A stretch of 64,000 bases of DNA from Octopus vulgaris (GCA_951406725.2 OX597815.1:214458001-214522000); one strand, 5' to 3'. Counted from the first letter of the stretch, positions 15,271 to 26,953 are shown. The notes: generated by a model not told the origin, from the sequence alone. Program-made: numbers and translations.

Positions 15271-15760
15271 TATACGTAAATATAAGAGAGTAACCACTAT
15301 GTGGTCAACTCTAGCACTAAAAATAGATCCGCTAGGTTTCAGCCACGAAGAATTGTTTCCGATGAAAGTTAGCGTAAACGAACAGGGCAAATAAAAATAA
15401 CAAAAATGCAGATTGGTTCAGGACAATTGTTTCGCTATTAATAAATTATGTAATTTTACTCTCATAACATATCTGTAGCTCCTCAGCCGAGCCCGTCCAG
15501 AATACAATTTACTCAACCGCACGCCAGATTTTACCATAACGATAAACACTCGTGCGGTTAAGTCGATTGTATTCGCTGTTATAATTCAAGTGCTCCTGCC
15601 ACAGCCCGCCAAAATTCACGGAAACAGATACTACATCAAAAAATAAATGTAGTATAATTACAATCAACTACGGAAACAATTCTTCGTGGCTGAAACCTAG
15701 CGGATCTATTTTTGTGCTTGAGTCGACCACATAGTGGTTACTCTCTTATATTTACGTATA
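15271..15760. mobile_element. Fold-back element with ~90-bp inverted arms (Penelope-derived or TA-TSD MITE)
   Basis: tatacgtaaatataagagagtaaccactatgtggtc...aattgtttccg versus its reverse complement ending at 15760. Confidence 0.8.
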
Positions 15761-16164
15761 AAATTTATTGTATTCCTGGTTTTTATGCACTAAGCCACTT
15801 GGGGTTAAATGGATGTACTATTAAATTAGTATCCAATTTTCTCACCCTTATTAGTTGATTATATATACATATATATATACATATGTATATACATATATAT
15901 ATTAATATATACATATATATGTATATATATACATATATATACAAATATATACACTCATATAATATACATGTATATATACATATATATACATATATATATA
16001 CATATATATATATACATATATATGCACATATATATGTGCATATATACATATATATATATACATATATACATACACATATATATATACACATATACATATA
16101 TATATGCATACATATATATTCATATATACATACATATATATACGTATATATATACATATATATA

Positions 16165-17044
16165 GCATCTTTTCCTTTTAAACGGCACTTCACTTTGTAA
16201 CATAATTTCTAGGTAACTAAAACGTTTTAAACTTCGTATACTGGTAGAATGTGTTTATAAAACATCATTTTCTCTTGGCTTTATTGAGAAAATTCTATAG
16301 TTTGTAAGACATTTCGTCTGAAATTTCGAGCATTTCGGCAATTTTAACCAATCGATTACCTCCATTGACGTAAACAACATTCCGTGCTGTATGAATATGT
16401 CCCTCGTTTAAGAAACAGATTGGGTTTATTTACATTTGTGAAGAAAAAAAGATACCCTTCCCCCACCCCTAACCCTAACTCTAACCCTAACCCTAACTAA
16501 CCCTAACTCACCCTAACTCTAACCCTAAATCTCAAATAGATTGAAATGCAATAGATCGATACTAGGGTTATAATTATGGGTGCCAATTTCATACGACACC
16601 GCTACGAAAAATGGGATTTCTTTCTAGCGGTGTCAAATGAAAATGTCACCATAATTATAACCCTAGTATCGATCTATTGCATTTCAATCTATTTTAGATT
16701 TAGGGTTAGGGTTAGGGTGAGTTAGGGTTAGAGTTAGCGTTAGGTTTAGGGGTGGGGGAAGGGTATCTTTTTTCTTCACAAATGTAAATAAACCCAATCT
16801 GTTTCTTAAAGGAGGGACATATTCATTATGCACAGAATGTTATTTACCTAAATGGAGGTAATCGATTGGTTAAAATTGCCGAAATGCTCGAAATTAAAGA
16901 CGAAATATGTTACAACATATAGAATTTTCTCAATAAAGCCAGGAAAAATGATGTTTTATAAACACATTCTACCAGTATACGAAGTTTAAAACTTTTTAGT
17001 TACCTAGAAATTATGTTACAAAGTGCCGTTCAAAAGGAAAAGAT

Positions 17045-17046
<2 letters not shown>
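16165..17046. mobile_element. 882-bp palindromic MITE with internal (CCCTAA)n/(TTAGGG)n, Merlin-like family
   Basis: Two ~440-bp inverted arms, ends GcATCTTTTCC / GGAAAAGATCC, inserted in (TA)n; arms homologous to 20458-20915. Confidence 0.9.
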
Positions 17047-17102
<56 letters not shown>

Positions 17103-17138
17103 TATACATATATATATATATATACATATGTATGAATA

Positions 17139-17286
<148 letters not shown>

Positions 17287-17303
17287 CATGCATATATATA
17301 TGC

Positions 17304-17348
<45 letters not shown>

Positions 17349-17529
17349 ACATACATTTCTCTCAACATCCAAACCCCTCATTCTTTATCGAGTGAAAAAA
17401 CGGTTTTGGTGTCTCGCTATGCCATATACAACTACGAGGATTTACCTTCCCAAAGAAAACTCGTTTTTTTCCCAAACTATTTCTCAAACCTGCTATAATG
17501 TAATACATGTCTTTGGTGTGGTAATTGTA

Positions 17530-17618
17530 TGCGGCTGAAGAAGGCTGTTGACCTACATGTTATATCAATTATGCATTGATATAAATTGTTCAATAAAGCT
17601 AGCAACATATGTACCGCA
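17530..17618 (+). ncRNA. Type-I hammerhead ribozyme motif, decayed (GAAA>GCAA)
   Basis: tgcgg-CTGAAGA-a-ggct..long hairpin..agct-a-GCAAC-atat-GTA-ccgca; stems I and II pair, loop III palindromic. Confidence 0.75.
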
Positions 17619-17671
17619 AAATCCTTTCCATCCTGTTTTCTTTTGATAAATATATACATACATATATATAC

Positions 17672-17722
<51 letters not shown>

Positions 17723-17723
17723 C

Positions 17724-17789
<66 letters not shown>

Positions 17790-18610
17790 GCATATATATA
17801 CATACATTTACACACACAGGACATCTGTGCAAACAACAGGAAATACGTAAACAAGGAGAGAAAAAATAGAAAACAGGACAAGAAAGGACCCTCCATCAGT
17901 TGTTGGCTGTCTATCTACTCCTCATTTGGAGCATATACTTGCTTGTATGTATGTATGTTATGTTATGTTATGTATGTATGTATGTATGTATGTATGTATG
18001 TATGTATGTATGTATGTATGTATGTATGTATATTGTACACCTGTTTGCAAGACAAACTTTCCTTTATCTGATTACCTTAATTTGAAAGAATAGACTTACG
18101 CGAAGTATTCGTGATCTTTAGCTATAAAACGAAATGAAACGAAGTGCCACGTTTGTTTATACTATCGAAATGTATGCGCATAACTATCATACACACACAC
18201 ATACAAATATACAAGTATAAACCTGGAGGGACTTCTAGAATTTCTGTCATTATTGAACTTCTTTCGCCATGTTTCCTTACTTTATGTTCATCGATTAAAT
18301 TATCATTGGGAATTCTGCAGTATTTATGTATCTAATGATGGAGTTGATGATCAAAGTTCAGTCACCAACCGAACGTATTTGACGGTCTACACGTCTTTAT
18401 TATCCTCCGGATAAATTTGAACAACTCAACATGCATTTTACCTGCTGCAGAAATTCGTAATTTTTTCGATAAATATATAGAAAAAGGTGTTTGATTCGTA
18501 ATAAATAGTCTTATACTTTCACAATTCTATGATTTTCTTAACTGATTTTACAAACTCGAAAAAATAAGTACCAACCTAATATTAGTAGAGGTGATATAAT
18601 CGAAAACACC

Positions 18611-18844
18611 TGTTTCTTTACTACCCACAAAGGGGCTAAACACAGAGAGGACAAACAAGGACAGACAAACGGATTAAGTCGAGTATATCGACCCCAGTGC
18701 GTAACTGGTACTTATTTAATCGACCCCGAAATGATGAAAGGCAAAGTCGACCTCGGCGGAATTTGAACTCAGAACGTAGCGGCAGACAAAATACCGCAAA
18801 GCATTTCGCCCGGCGTGCTAACTTTTCTGCCAGCTCGCCGCCTT
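18611..18844 (-). mobile_element. Full-length family-A SINE with 17-bp TSD
   Basis: TSD atataatcgaaaa(c/t)acc at 18594-18610 and 18845-18861. Confidence 0.92.
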
Positions 18845-19711
18845 ATATAATCGAAAATACCCTTGAAGGTGTATAGTCTTCGGCAAAGACGCAAGCCAGT
18901 GATTGAAACTAAGAGGAAAGCAGATGGCCAAGTTAATAAGCAACAGGCAACCATCCAAGAAGCTGGAGCTGCCGAGCTATCAGCTTTCATTTCCACACTA
19001 GTGCTACACTTTGTCCATAGCTAAGATATTTATCTGTCAATGGCCCAGTCTACCTAATTTTACGTTGCTACAAATCGATATAGTTCACTGCATGTCGAAA
19101 GTTCTCCATTGCTAAAAGTCGATATAGTTCACTGCTTGTTGGAAATTACCCATTGCTACAATACAGCTGTTCACTATTGGTCTCTATTTTTGGCACAAGG
19201 CCAGAAAGTTCGGGGGTTGGGATAAGTTGATTACATTGACCCCAATACTCAAATTGTACTCATTTTATCGACCGCAAAAATAAAAATGAAAGGCAAAGTC
19301 AACCTCAACGGAATTTGAACTTGAGACATAAGGAAGACAAAAGGCTGCTGTGGATTTTGCAAGGCGTGCTAATAATGCTACCCACTCATCACCTTAACAG
19401 GTGTTCACTATCACTCAAGTATGAATCACTTCTTTATATCTTTTCAAAAAAGAAAATGATTTTGTGTAGATATTCAAAGTTAATAGAAAATGAAATAAAA
19501 TATGAAGGTACATTAGTGAGAATGAGACAAACGTTCTGTTTTTGAAGTCTTCGATGTAATTACTAGAGGTTCTCTCATATCTGCTTTCACGATGGACACT
19601 GTTATACATCTACACAACGGATTCTCAACCAGGGACCATATCGCCCTTTGGGGTCCATGTAAGATTTTGTTGTTAAAATTTATGTGCAATAAATTGGTTA
19701 TACTTGTACAA

Positions 19712-20007
19712 TGTTTGTTCCTTCTCGAGCCACACCTGGATCATAAGGGCCGGTTTTTCGGTTCCTTGGCATATAGGTTCCCCACCTGGACGGGACGCCG
19801 GTCTGTCGCAGGTGAGCTGCAAGATGCAGGAGGAAAGAGTGAGAGAAAGTTGTGGCGAAAGAATCAGCAGAAGTTCGCCATTACCTTTTGCCGGAGCCGC
19901 GTGGAGCTTAGGCGTTTCACTCATAAACACACACATCGCCCGGTCTGATTCGAACCCGCGATACCTCGAGTCCGCTGTTCTAACCACAAGGCCATGTGCC
20001 TCCACAC
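19712..20007 (-). mobile_element. Full-length family-B SINE with 12-bp TSD
   Basis: tRNA head tggaggcacatggccttgtggttag...ggttcgaatc; TSD atacttgtacaa at 19700-19711 and 20008-20019. Confidence 0.92.
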
Positions 20008-20066
20008 ATACTTGTACAAAACAATATATTTTAATTTTATTATATAATTCCAGGTAATTCTTAATA

Positions 20067-20250
20067 GGAGCAGGCGTGGGTGTGTAGTAAGTAGCTTGCT
20101 TGCCAACCACGTGGTTCCGGGTTCAGTCCCACTGCGTGGCACCTTGGGTAAGTGTCTTCTACTATAGCCTCGGACTGACCAAAACCTTGTGAGTGGATTA
20201 GGTAGACGAAACTGAATGAAGGCTGTCGTACATGTGTGTGTGTGTTTGTC
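20067..20250 (+). mobile_element. Family-C SINE 5' half
   Basis: gcaggcgtgggtgtgtagtaagtagcttgc...ggttcagtccc...ccttgggtaagtgtctt. Confidence 0.85.
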
Positions 20251-20457
20251 CATTATAACCTTCGAACAGGGGAGGTCAGTCGCTTCCCCAAGGAAAAGCA
20301 AGGGGAAGCGGCTGGGACACAGGTTCGTGTGTCACATAGTTAATTAACGGCAGTATTCGTCCTGTATTTCTGGACTGCCATATTAGCTTGGCGATAACTA
20401 TTAATATCCAGTACCACTGCCGTAGTCTCCTTTAGAGAGACTTATAAATAATAATAT

Positions 20458-20915
20458 GGATCTTTTCGGTTTGAACGGCAGTTTTTTAAAATAATTTCCA
20501 AGTAAACACTTTTAAACTTCGTATACTGGTAGAATGTGTTTATAAAACATCTTTTTCTCCTGGCTTTATTGAGAAAATTCTATGGTTTGTAAGATATTTG
20601 TTGTTTTTTTTTCTTCAATTTCTGCAATTTCAACCAATCAATGACGTCTATTGAGCTGAAAACATTCTGTGCCGTATGAATATATCCCTCGTTTAAGAAA
20701 CAGATTGGGTTTATTTACATTTGTGAAGAAAAAAGGATACCCTTCACCCCCACCCCACCCCTAACCCTAACCTTAACTCTGACCCTAACTAACCCTAACT
20801 AACCCTAACCCTAAAACAGATTGAAATGCAATAGATCGATACTAGGGTCATAATTATGGGTGACAATTTCATATGACACCTCTAGAAAAAACTGCCGTTC
20901 AAACCGAAACGATCC
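20458..20915. mobile_element. 458-bp MITE, 30-bp TIRs, 8-bp TSD, internal (CCCTAA)n (Merlin-like)
   Basis: TIR GGATCTTTTCGGTTTGAACGGCAGTTTTTT (1 mismatch); TSD aataatat at 20450-20457 and 20916-20923. Confidence 0.93.
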
Positions 20916-21944
20916 AATAATATTTCTATTTTGGAATAGATTAGTTTTCATTTAATTAAATTTTGATACAATCTTAACAAAAATCCATATTTTGCATAAT
21001 ATCCTACATACTGTACGTGGCAGTATGCGTTCTCATATTTGTGTCAGCCTGCGTACGAACGAATAAGGATATACCTGAGTTATTTATCTCATGTGCTGCA
21101 AATCACTATTTCCTTTAGTATTTTTATTTTCTTATTTGAATTACCAGACTGTAGTAACTTTAGTTTGTGCTACTTTAAAAAGCAGATATAATGTAGGTTA
21201 GTTTTTTCTTTTGTGAAAGCATTGATTACACTGAATTTGCTAGCTTGTTTGTTAGGTTTTTATTTAAAAATTGTTTTCTTATAAAATGGGTCATACTTCG
21301 TCTAACTGTAATATATCTAAGACAGTAAAACAGGTGCGCCAATAACTAGTCAGGTAACCCATACCTAATTTCAAAATCGTGAAGTATGTCCCTGAAACTT
21401 TACACTAAAACAACATTTTCAAATAAAATATTTTCTTTTTGAAAACCAAATATTCATAATCGTTATCTGTGTATGCCAGTGAGTATGCCTGAATGTGTGA
21501 GTGTGTGTGTGTGTGAGTGTTTACGCTTTAAACAAAACACAGATACACGTGAAAGAGAGTAAAGTGCGAGAGTGCGCAGTTCCAGGTTACTGTCTCGGTA
21601 TGAAAACAAAAAAAAATCACTTCTACCACAAACCAGCTTTTACATTAACATCTCTGATAGCAGAACACATCGAATTTGCTTTTTAATTTTAAATCCTATC
21701 ACTTGTAGAAATCGTTTCTGGCTTGTGCGTCTTGATTTGATTACCAATCGATTTAATCGTAAAATCAATTATTATGTAACTCTAAGAAGGCTGACACCTG
21801 CTGCACTTCTGTTTGAAAACAACAGGTGTTTCTTATTTAAATCAAATGCAACGACGCACTTGATTTAAATTCACTGTTTTACTTTCACTTTTTTACTTTT
21901 CATAAAATATTAGTTATCGGTTATCGATTAGTATATATCTTTTA

Positions 21945-22150
21945 TCTAAAACTGCGGCCATGCTGGGGCACCGCCTTGAAGAATTGTTAGTCGATTGAAA
22001 TGACCCCAGTACTTACTTATTCATGTTTTAAAGCCTAGTGCTTATTCTATCGTTTTCTTTGACAAACCGCTCAGTTACGGGAACATAAACACACCAACAC
22101 CGGTTGTCAAACGGTGTCAGGGCACAAACAGAGATAAAGACACACGCACA
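21945..22150 (-). mobile_element. Family-C SINE 3' half
   Basis: ctgcggccatgctggggcaccgcc...caccaacaccggttgtcaa. Confidence 0.8.
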
Positions 22151-22329
22151 CATGAACACACACACACACACACACATATATATATCAGTTAATATTTAAA
22201 TGTTGGTTATGTTCCTAGTAGTACGCCGATAAAGCATGTTTATAAAGTAGTCTATGGCTACCTGGCGTCATCCACGGTATTTATACAATTGGCATCGGAT
22301 CTACCTCGGGAAATCCTGTGTACCTTGAG

Positions 22330-22583
22330 TATAAAACAAACGATAAAGACGGAATATGGAATACATGGGAAAGTTTATTGCTCACACCGATCATTTCGAT
22401 ATCCTGCCTTGATCCCTCGCGGCTAGGAAACTACACAACAGATGACGCAATAAGAAGTAACTTATTAAATGAACTCTATTTTGCTCGGATTTAATACATA
22501 TTGTATATGTTCTAGGTTAAGGCTGCTGTGAGCAGTAAAGTTTCCCGCGTATTCCATTTTCCATCCCTATCGCTTGTTATATA
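22330..22583. repeat. Old fold-back element, ~57-bp arms
   Basis: 22330-22386 is the imperfect reverse complement of 22527-22583. Confidence 0.75.
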
Positions 22584-22637
22584 TATGTGCGTATATATAT
22601 GAGTGTGTGTGTGTCTGTGTATGTATATATATATATA

Positions 22638-22905
22638 GTGGAGGCGCAATGACCCGGTTTCGATTCCCTGATCGGGCGTTGTGAGTGTTTATTGAGCGAA
22701 AACGCCTAAAGTTCCACGTGGCTCCGCCATGGAGTGGTGGCGATCCCTGCTGTACTCTTTCGCCACAACTTTCTCTCACTCTTTCTTCTCTTGGCCTGCT
22801 CGCTTAGCCAGCGGTTTGGCATCATTTGAAGGCTAAAACAATGCGAAGCGCATTGTGACCAGTAATGTGTAACTACATCTGGTCGGTCACGGTGATCACG
22901 GTGGT
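22638..22905 (+). mobile_element. Family-B SINE with deletion in the tRNA head
   Basis: Matches 30411-30716 including the tail gcattgtgacc...tggtcggtcac. Confidence 0.85.
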
Positions 22906-23075
22906 ATATATACATTTACATATATATATATATATATAATTGTCACTAAGAATGTCAAGAAACCTAAATTGATAGAAATAAGAGCTAAAATGCTCCAACC
23001 CTGTAGGAAGAGCAAATAAATGCATACATAGATTCTCACAGGGGGTGCAATCGCCCAAAACACTGACTCGAGAAT

Positions 23076-23128
23076 TCCTTTGACTGAACGTCCAGTTTCG
23101 GCTATTTCCTTAACCTCTTCCGTAAAAA
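23076..23128 (-). ncRNA. Type-I hammerhead ribozyme motif, decayed (CUGA>CGGA)
   Basis: Minus strand: ttttta-CGGAAGA-ggtta-aggaaa-tagcc-GAAAC-tgg-acgt-tca-GTC-aaagga. Confidence 0.7.
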
Positions 23129-23687
23129 CCGCTTTAGTGAGATCGGCAAATTCCAGGCCAATCCTCTGTCAGCATGTATGTATTTACCGTAAAAAAATTC
23201 TGTATGATTTAGCTGATCACTAATGTGTATACAAAACTTCATACCATAAAAAGTGATACGATAAAGGAAAACTATAACTGTCACAAGTAAGGTTATCAAT
23301 GCTCTAATGTTGTAAGAAAAAACACATAAATATATACATAATGTTCATATATCGCCCAGCAACGATTATAGTTTTTCTTTGTGATATTACATTGCACATA
23401 GCTGTTTATATTAAGCTATAAAAATATATACGACGGGTTTCTTTCAGTTTCCGTATATAAAATCCACTCACAAAGCCCGACGCTATAGTAAAAGCCACTT
23501 TCCCGAAGTGCAATGCAATGCATAATAATTGAACCTAAATCAATTATTATGTAACTCCAAGAGAGCGGACACTTGCTGCACTTTTCTTCGTAAACGACGG
23601 ACGTTTCTTATTTCAATTCCGTTTTACTTTCACTTTTTGACGTTCAGTGTTGGGAAGCAGACATCTTACCACACAGCCACGCTTATT

Positions 23688-23908
23688 CTTTTACTTGTTT
23701 CAGTCATTTGACTGCGGCCATGCTGGAGCACCGCCTTTAGTCGAGCAAATCGACCCCAGGACTTATTCTTTGTAAGCCTAGTGCTTTTTCTATCGGTCTC
23801 TTTTGCCGAACCGCTAAGTTACAGGGACGTAAACATACCAGCATCGGTTGTCAAACGATGTTGGGGGGACAAACAAAGACACACAAACACACACACACAC
23901 ACACACAC

Positions 23909-23948
<40 letters not shown>

Positions 23949-24092
23949 TACGACGGGCTTCTTTTCAGTTTCCGTCTACCAAATCCACTCACAAGGCTTT
24001 GGTCAGTCCGAGGCTATAGTAGAAGACACTTGCCCGAGGTGCCACGCAGTGGGACTGAGCCCGGAACCATGTGGTTGGTAAGCAAGCTACTT
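23688..24092 (-). mobile_element. Family-C SINE (3' part; its 5' end resumes at 26263-26296)
   Basis: Continuous family-C sequence is restored when 24093-26274 is removed. Confidence 0.92.
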
Positions 24093-26262
24093 TATTTCAA
24101 AACATTTGCCATAAAGGCAGTACACAGATTAAGTTAGCTTTGCGGGCTGGACGAGGACATTAATGAAGTGAATGATAATGAAAGAAAGATGATAAGGATG
24201 GGAGAAGACAAAAAGTGCCCGCCGACTTTCGCTTCCCTAAAACATTGTTCTTTTTAAGGATAAACACAAAACGAGGTATTAAACCTCTTACAATTTTTCC
24301 AATTTTTGGATTTAGCAGTCCATTATTAATAAAAATAAACACAAAACGAGGTATTAAACCTCTTACAATTTTTCAATTTTTGGACTTAGCAGTCCATTAC
24401 TAATAATAACAGTTCAATAATTACATATCGTCCTTGAAGTCGCTTGTGCCCGCGCCCTCCACCATCAACCACGCCTCCCTCAGAACGTAATCAAGTTCCG
24501 AGTCAGCGTCGCCCGGGACCAAGTTATAGTCTTCCTTGAGCTCCTTTAGCCCAAGCGTCACGTCGAACGGAGGCCATTCGGGGTCCTGTGTGAAGGCTAA
24601 AGGTGCTCCCTTGTGATGCTCTTCCATCACTTTTTCAATTTCTCCTCCTCTATAGAAGAGGACCAATACGTTCAGTTCTTTCGGTGGCGACACAGTTCCC
24701 GCCAACGGTATTCCTTCTCTTGTCGGTGGCACAACCCCAACCGACGTAGTTCCGGGACATTCCGGTGCTACACTGACAGTCGGTAATGTCCCGTTTTTCT
24801 TCCTCTTTTTCTTTTTTTTCCCCTTTTCAACTGAGGGAGGGTACGTCTCCTCCGTGGCTGGAAGATTCGCCTTCCTCTCCTCATCCCTATTATCCTTTGG
24901 TGAGCACCCATTGTTGCTCACCTTCCTCTTTCGGCCTCTGTTTGAGGAGTCCTCTGCTTTCTCGGCCGTTATCATTCCCTCTTCTAGAGGGGTTTTACTT
25001 AACTGTTCCGGGATCCTATTTTGTTCCCGGGGACAGTTCTTCTTTATGTGGCCGGACTCCAAGCACCGATGACACTTAGGGGGGCGACCCTCAAGCATCA
25101 CCGGGTACCTGCACCCGGCCATTTTCAAAAAATCTGGAAGAACCAGATTGGCTGATTGGGTCCACAGGGTCAAAATTGCTTTTGACCCAACCCAAGCAGC
25201 CGCAGGAAGAACTTTTACATTAAGGAGCTTAGTTTCGCTGCCACCCAGACCCCGGCGGATAGTCTCCTCTATCCACTCGGGTTCTATGTCGGGTGGCAGA
25301 CCGCAAATCCAAGCTTTCATCACTTTCTTTTTTTGTACGTGGGCAGGAATAAGATTTCCTTACCCTCCAGGGGTTTGCTTAGCAAATTTGCAAGCCTCTT
25401 CATGGGTGTCAAATAGCAACCACACCGTTGCATATTTGACACCCCTGGAAATGAATTTAATTGTTGGCAAATACTCTTCCAACTCCTTTTCAATTGCCGT
25501 CTTTTCGAATAGGGCGATGGTGTCGAGTGCCTTGGAGTAGGTTCTCAACACCACCGTCCTATCTTCACGGTCTTTTAACTACTTTTTAGGCGGTATGATC
25601 TCCCATTCCAAAAGTTTGTTATTTTTCATTGCCATGTTCTTTTTTTTTTTTTTTTTTTTTTAAATGTATTCAGAATAAAACTAAAAAACGAGAGGAAAAG
25701 GAAATCCGAAGAAAGTCACAGTGAAAAAGGAGAGAGTCAAATAAAGTTAAAAAGAAAGTCAAATAAAGTTAAAAAGAAAGTCAATAACACAGCAAAAACC
25801 TTCTGGCCATTTGGTACTCCCGGCCTAAATTGAACCAGGTGGCACAACTTCCACAAAACTTGGTGTAAAATTGGTAAAACTTGTTCAAACTTCGGAGGCA
25901 AAATACTCCCCTATATAGCAGTTTTCACAAAAAGTTCTTTACAGCACAATACAATTCTCACAATTACGTGAAAAAAATATTCACTCAATTTATCGAAGAC
26001 GGATACGCCCCTCCACTGTTTTTTTTTTCAATAAACACAAAAACGGCAGCCGCCGAGAGCAGGCGAAATTGTCTCAGAGTTGGACACAACTTACTGAAAT
26101 AATAATTGGCACGCAATAAATTATGCCCAACTCACAATAAACAAAATCACTTACCTCGACAACTTTCCGTTTTTGGTCTTTTTTCTTTAATTGGACGGAG
26201 CTGGTTGACTCGCGTCCACTCTGGCTGAACAGGAAGCAACTGACTAACTGCGCATGTGTGTT
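24093..26262 (-). mobile_element. ORF1-only non-autonomous LINE (HAL1-like), 2170 bp
   Basis: 12-bp TSD agcaagctactt (24081-24092, 26263-26274); agtcagtt initiator-like 5' end, ~630-bp 5'UTR, one ORF1, ~330-bp 3'UTR ending AATAAA; no RT/EN. Confidence 0.85.
24421..25632 (-). pseudogene. LINE ORF1 / Gag-like nucleic-acid-binding protein with CCHC knuckle (disrupted N-terminus)
   Basis: CHRCLESGHIKKNC (CX2CX4HX4C), basic KKKKKRKK tract; 300 open codons 24421-25323; stops near 25580 and 25360. Confidence 0.8.
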
Positions 26263-26784
26263 AGCAAGCTACTTACCACACAGCCAGTCCCGCGCTTGTA
26301 ATATTTTTATTTCAGCTTTTGCTTGTATCAGTTGTAAGACCACGGCCATACTGGAGCACCGCCTGAAGGGTTTAGTGAGATAAATCGACACCAGTACTAA
26401 TGTCTTAAACCTGCTACTTATTCTATTGCTCTCATTTAAGCTGAATCGCTAAGAGACTTGTGTAAGCGTTTGCCAGTATCTGTGAGAGTTCCAGATTCTA
26501 ATCCCACCAAAGTTGACTTACACTTTAATCCACTACCCCACCCGTAAAGAGAGGATTGATTAAAATATGTTCCAGTGGCATACTGGTGTCGATTTAAACG
26601 ACTGCATTCTCTCTCTCTCTCCTTTTCTATCTCCTTCTAACACACACGCGCCTGCGCTCACACAAACACACACACACGAGCGCGCACATGCTGACTCTTG
26701 ACAAATGAGAAAAGTTATAACCCATTATTATGATTAAGTATTGTTTAATGAAAGCATTACTTCTTAAGATATATGCATATATAC

Positions 26785-26823
<39 letters not shown>

Positions 26824-26953
26824 CAGAGAGAGATGCATACATATATATATATATATATATTGTTTGTAATACGGTTTCAAATTTTTGTCGCTCAAAACTG
26901 CGACCTGGTTATCGCATGCATGTATTATATATATATATACATACATACATACA

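Noticed and set aside
16467-16760. Telomere or telomere-fusion site
   Set aside because: Repeats are short, degenerate and an internal part of a MITE present in several copies
17815-17935. Minus-strand acaaCTGATGGaggg as a hammerhead half
   Set aside because: Core mutated and no downstream GAAA or stem before the microsatellite
19065-19160. CRISPR-like repeats (also 24260-24410, 27027-27317)
   Set aside because: Plain two-copy tandem duplications without unique spacers, in eukaryotic context
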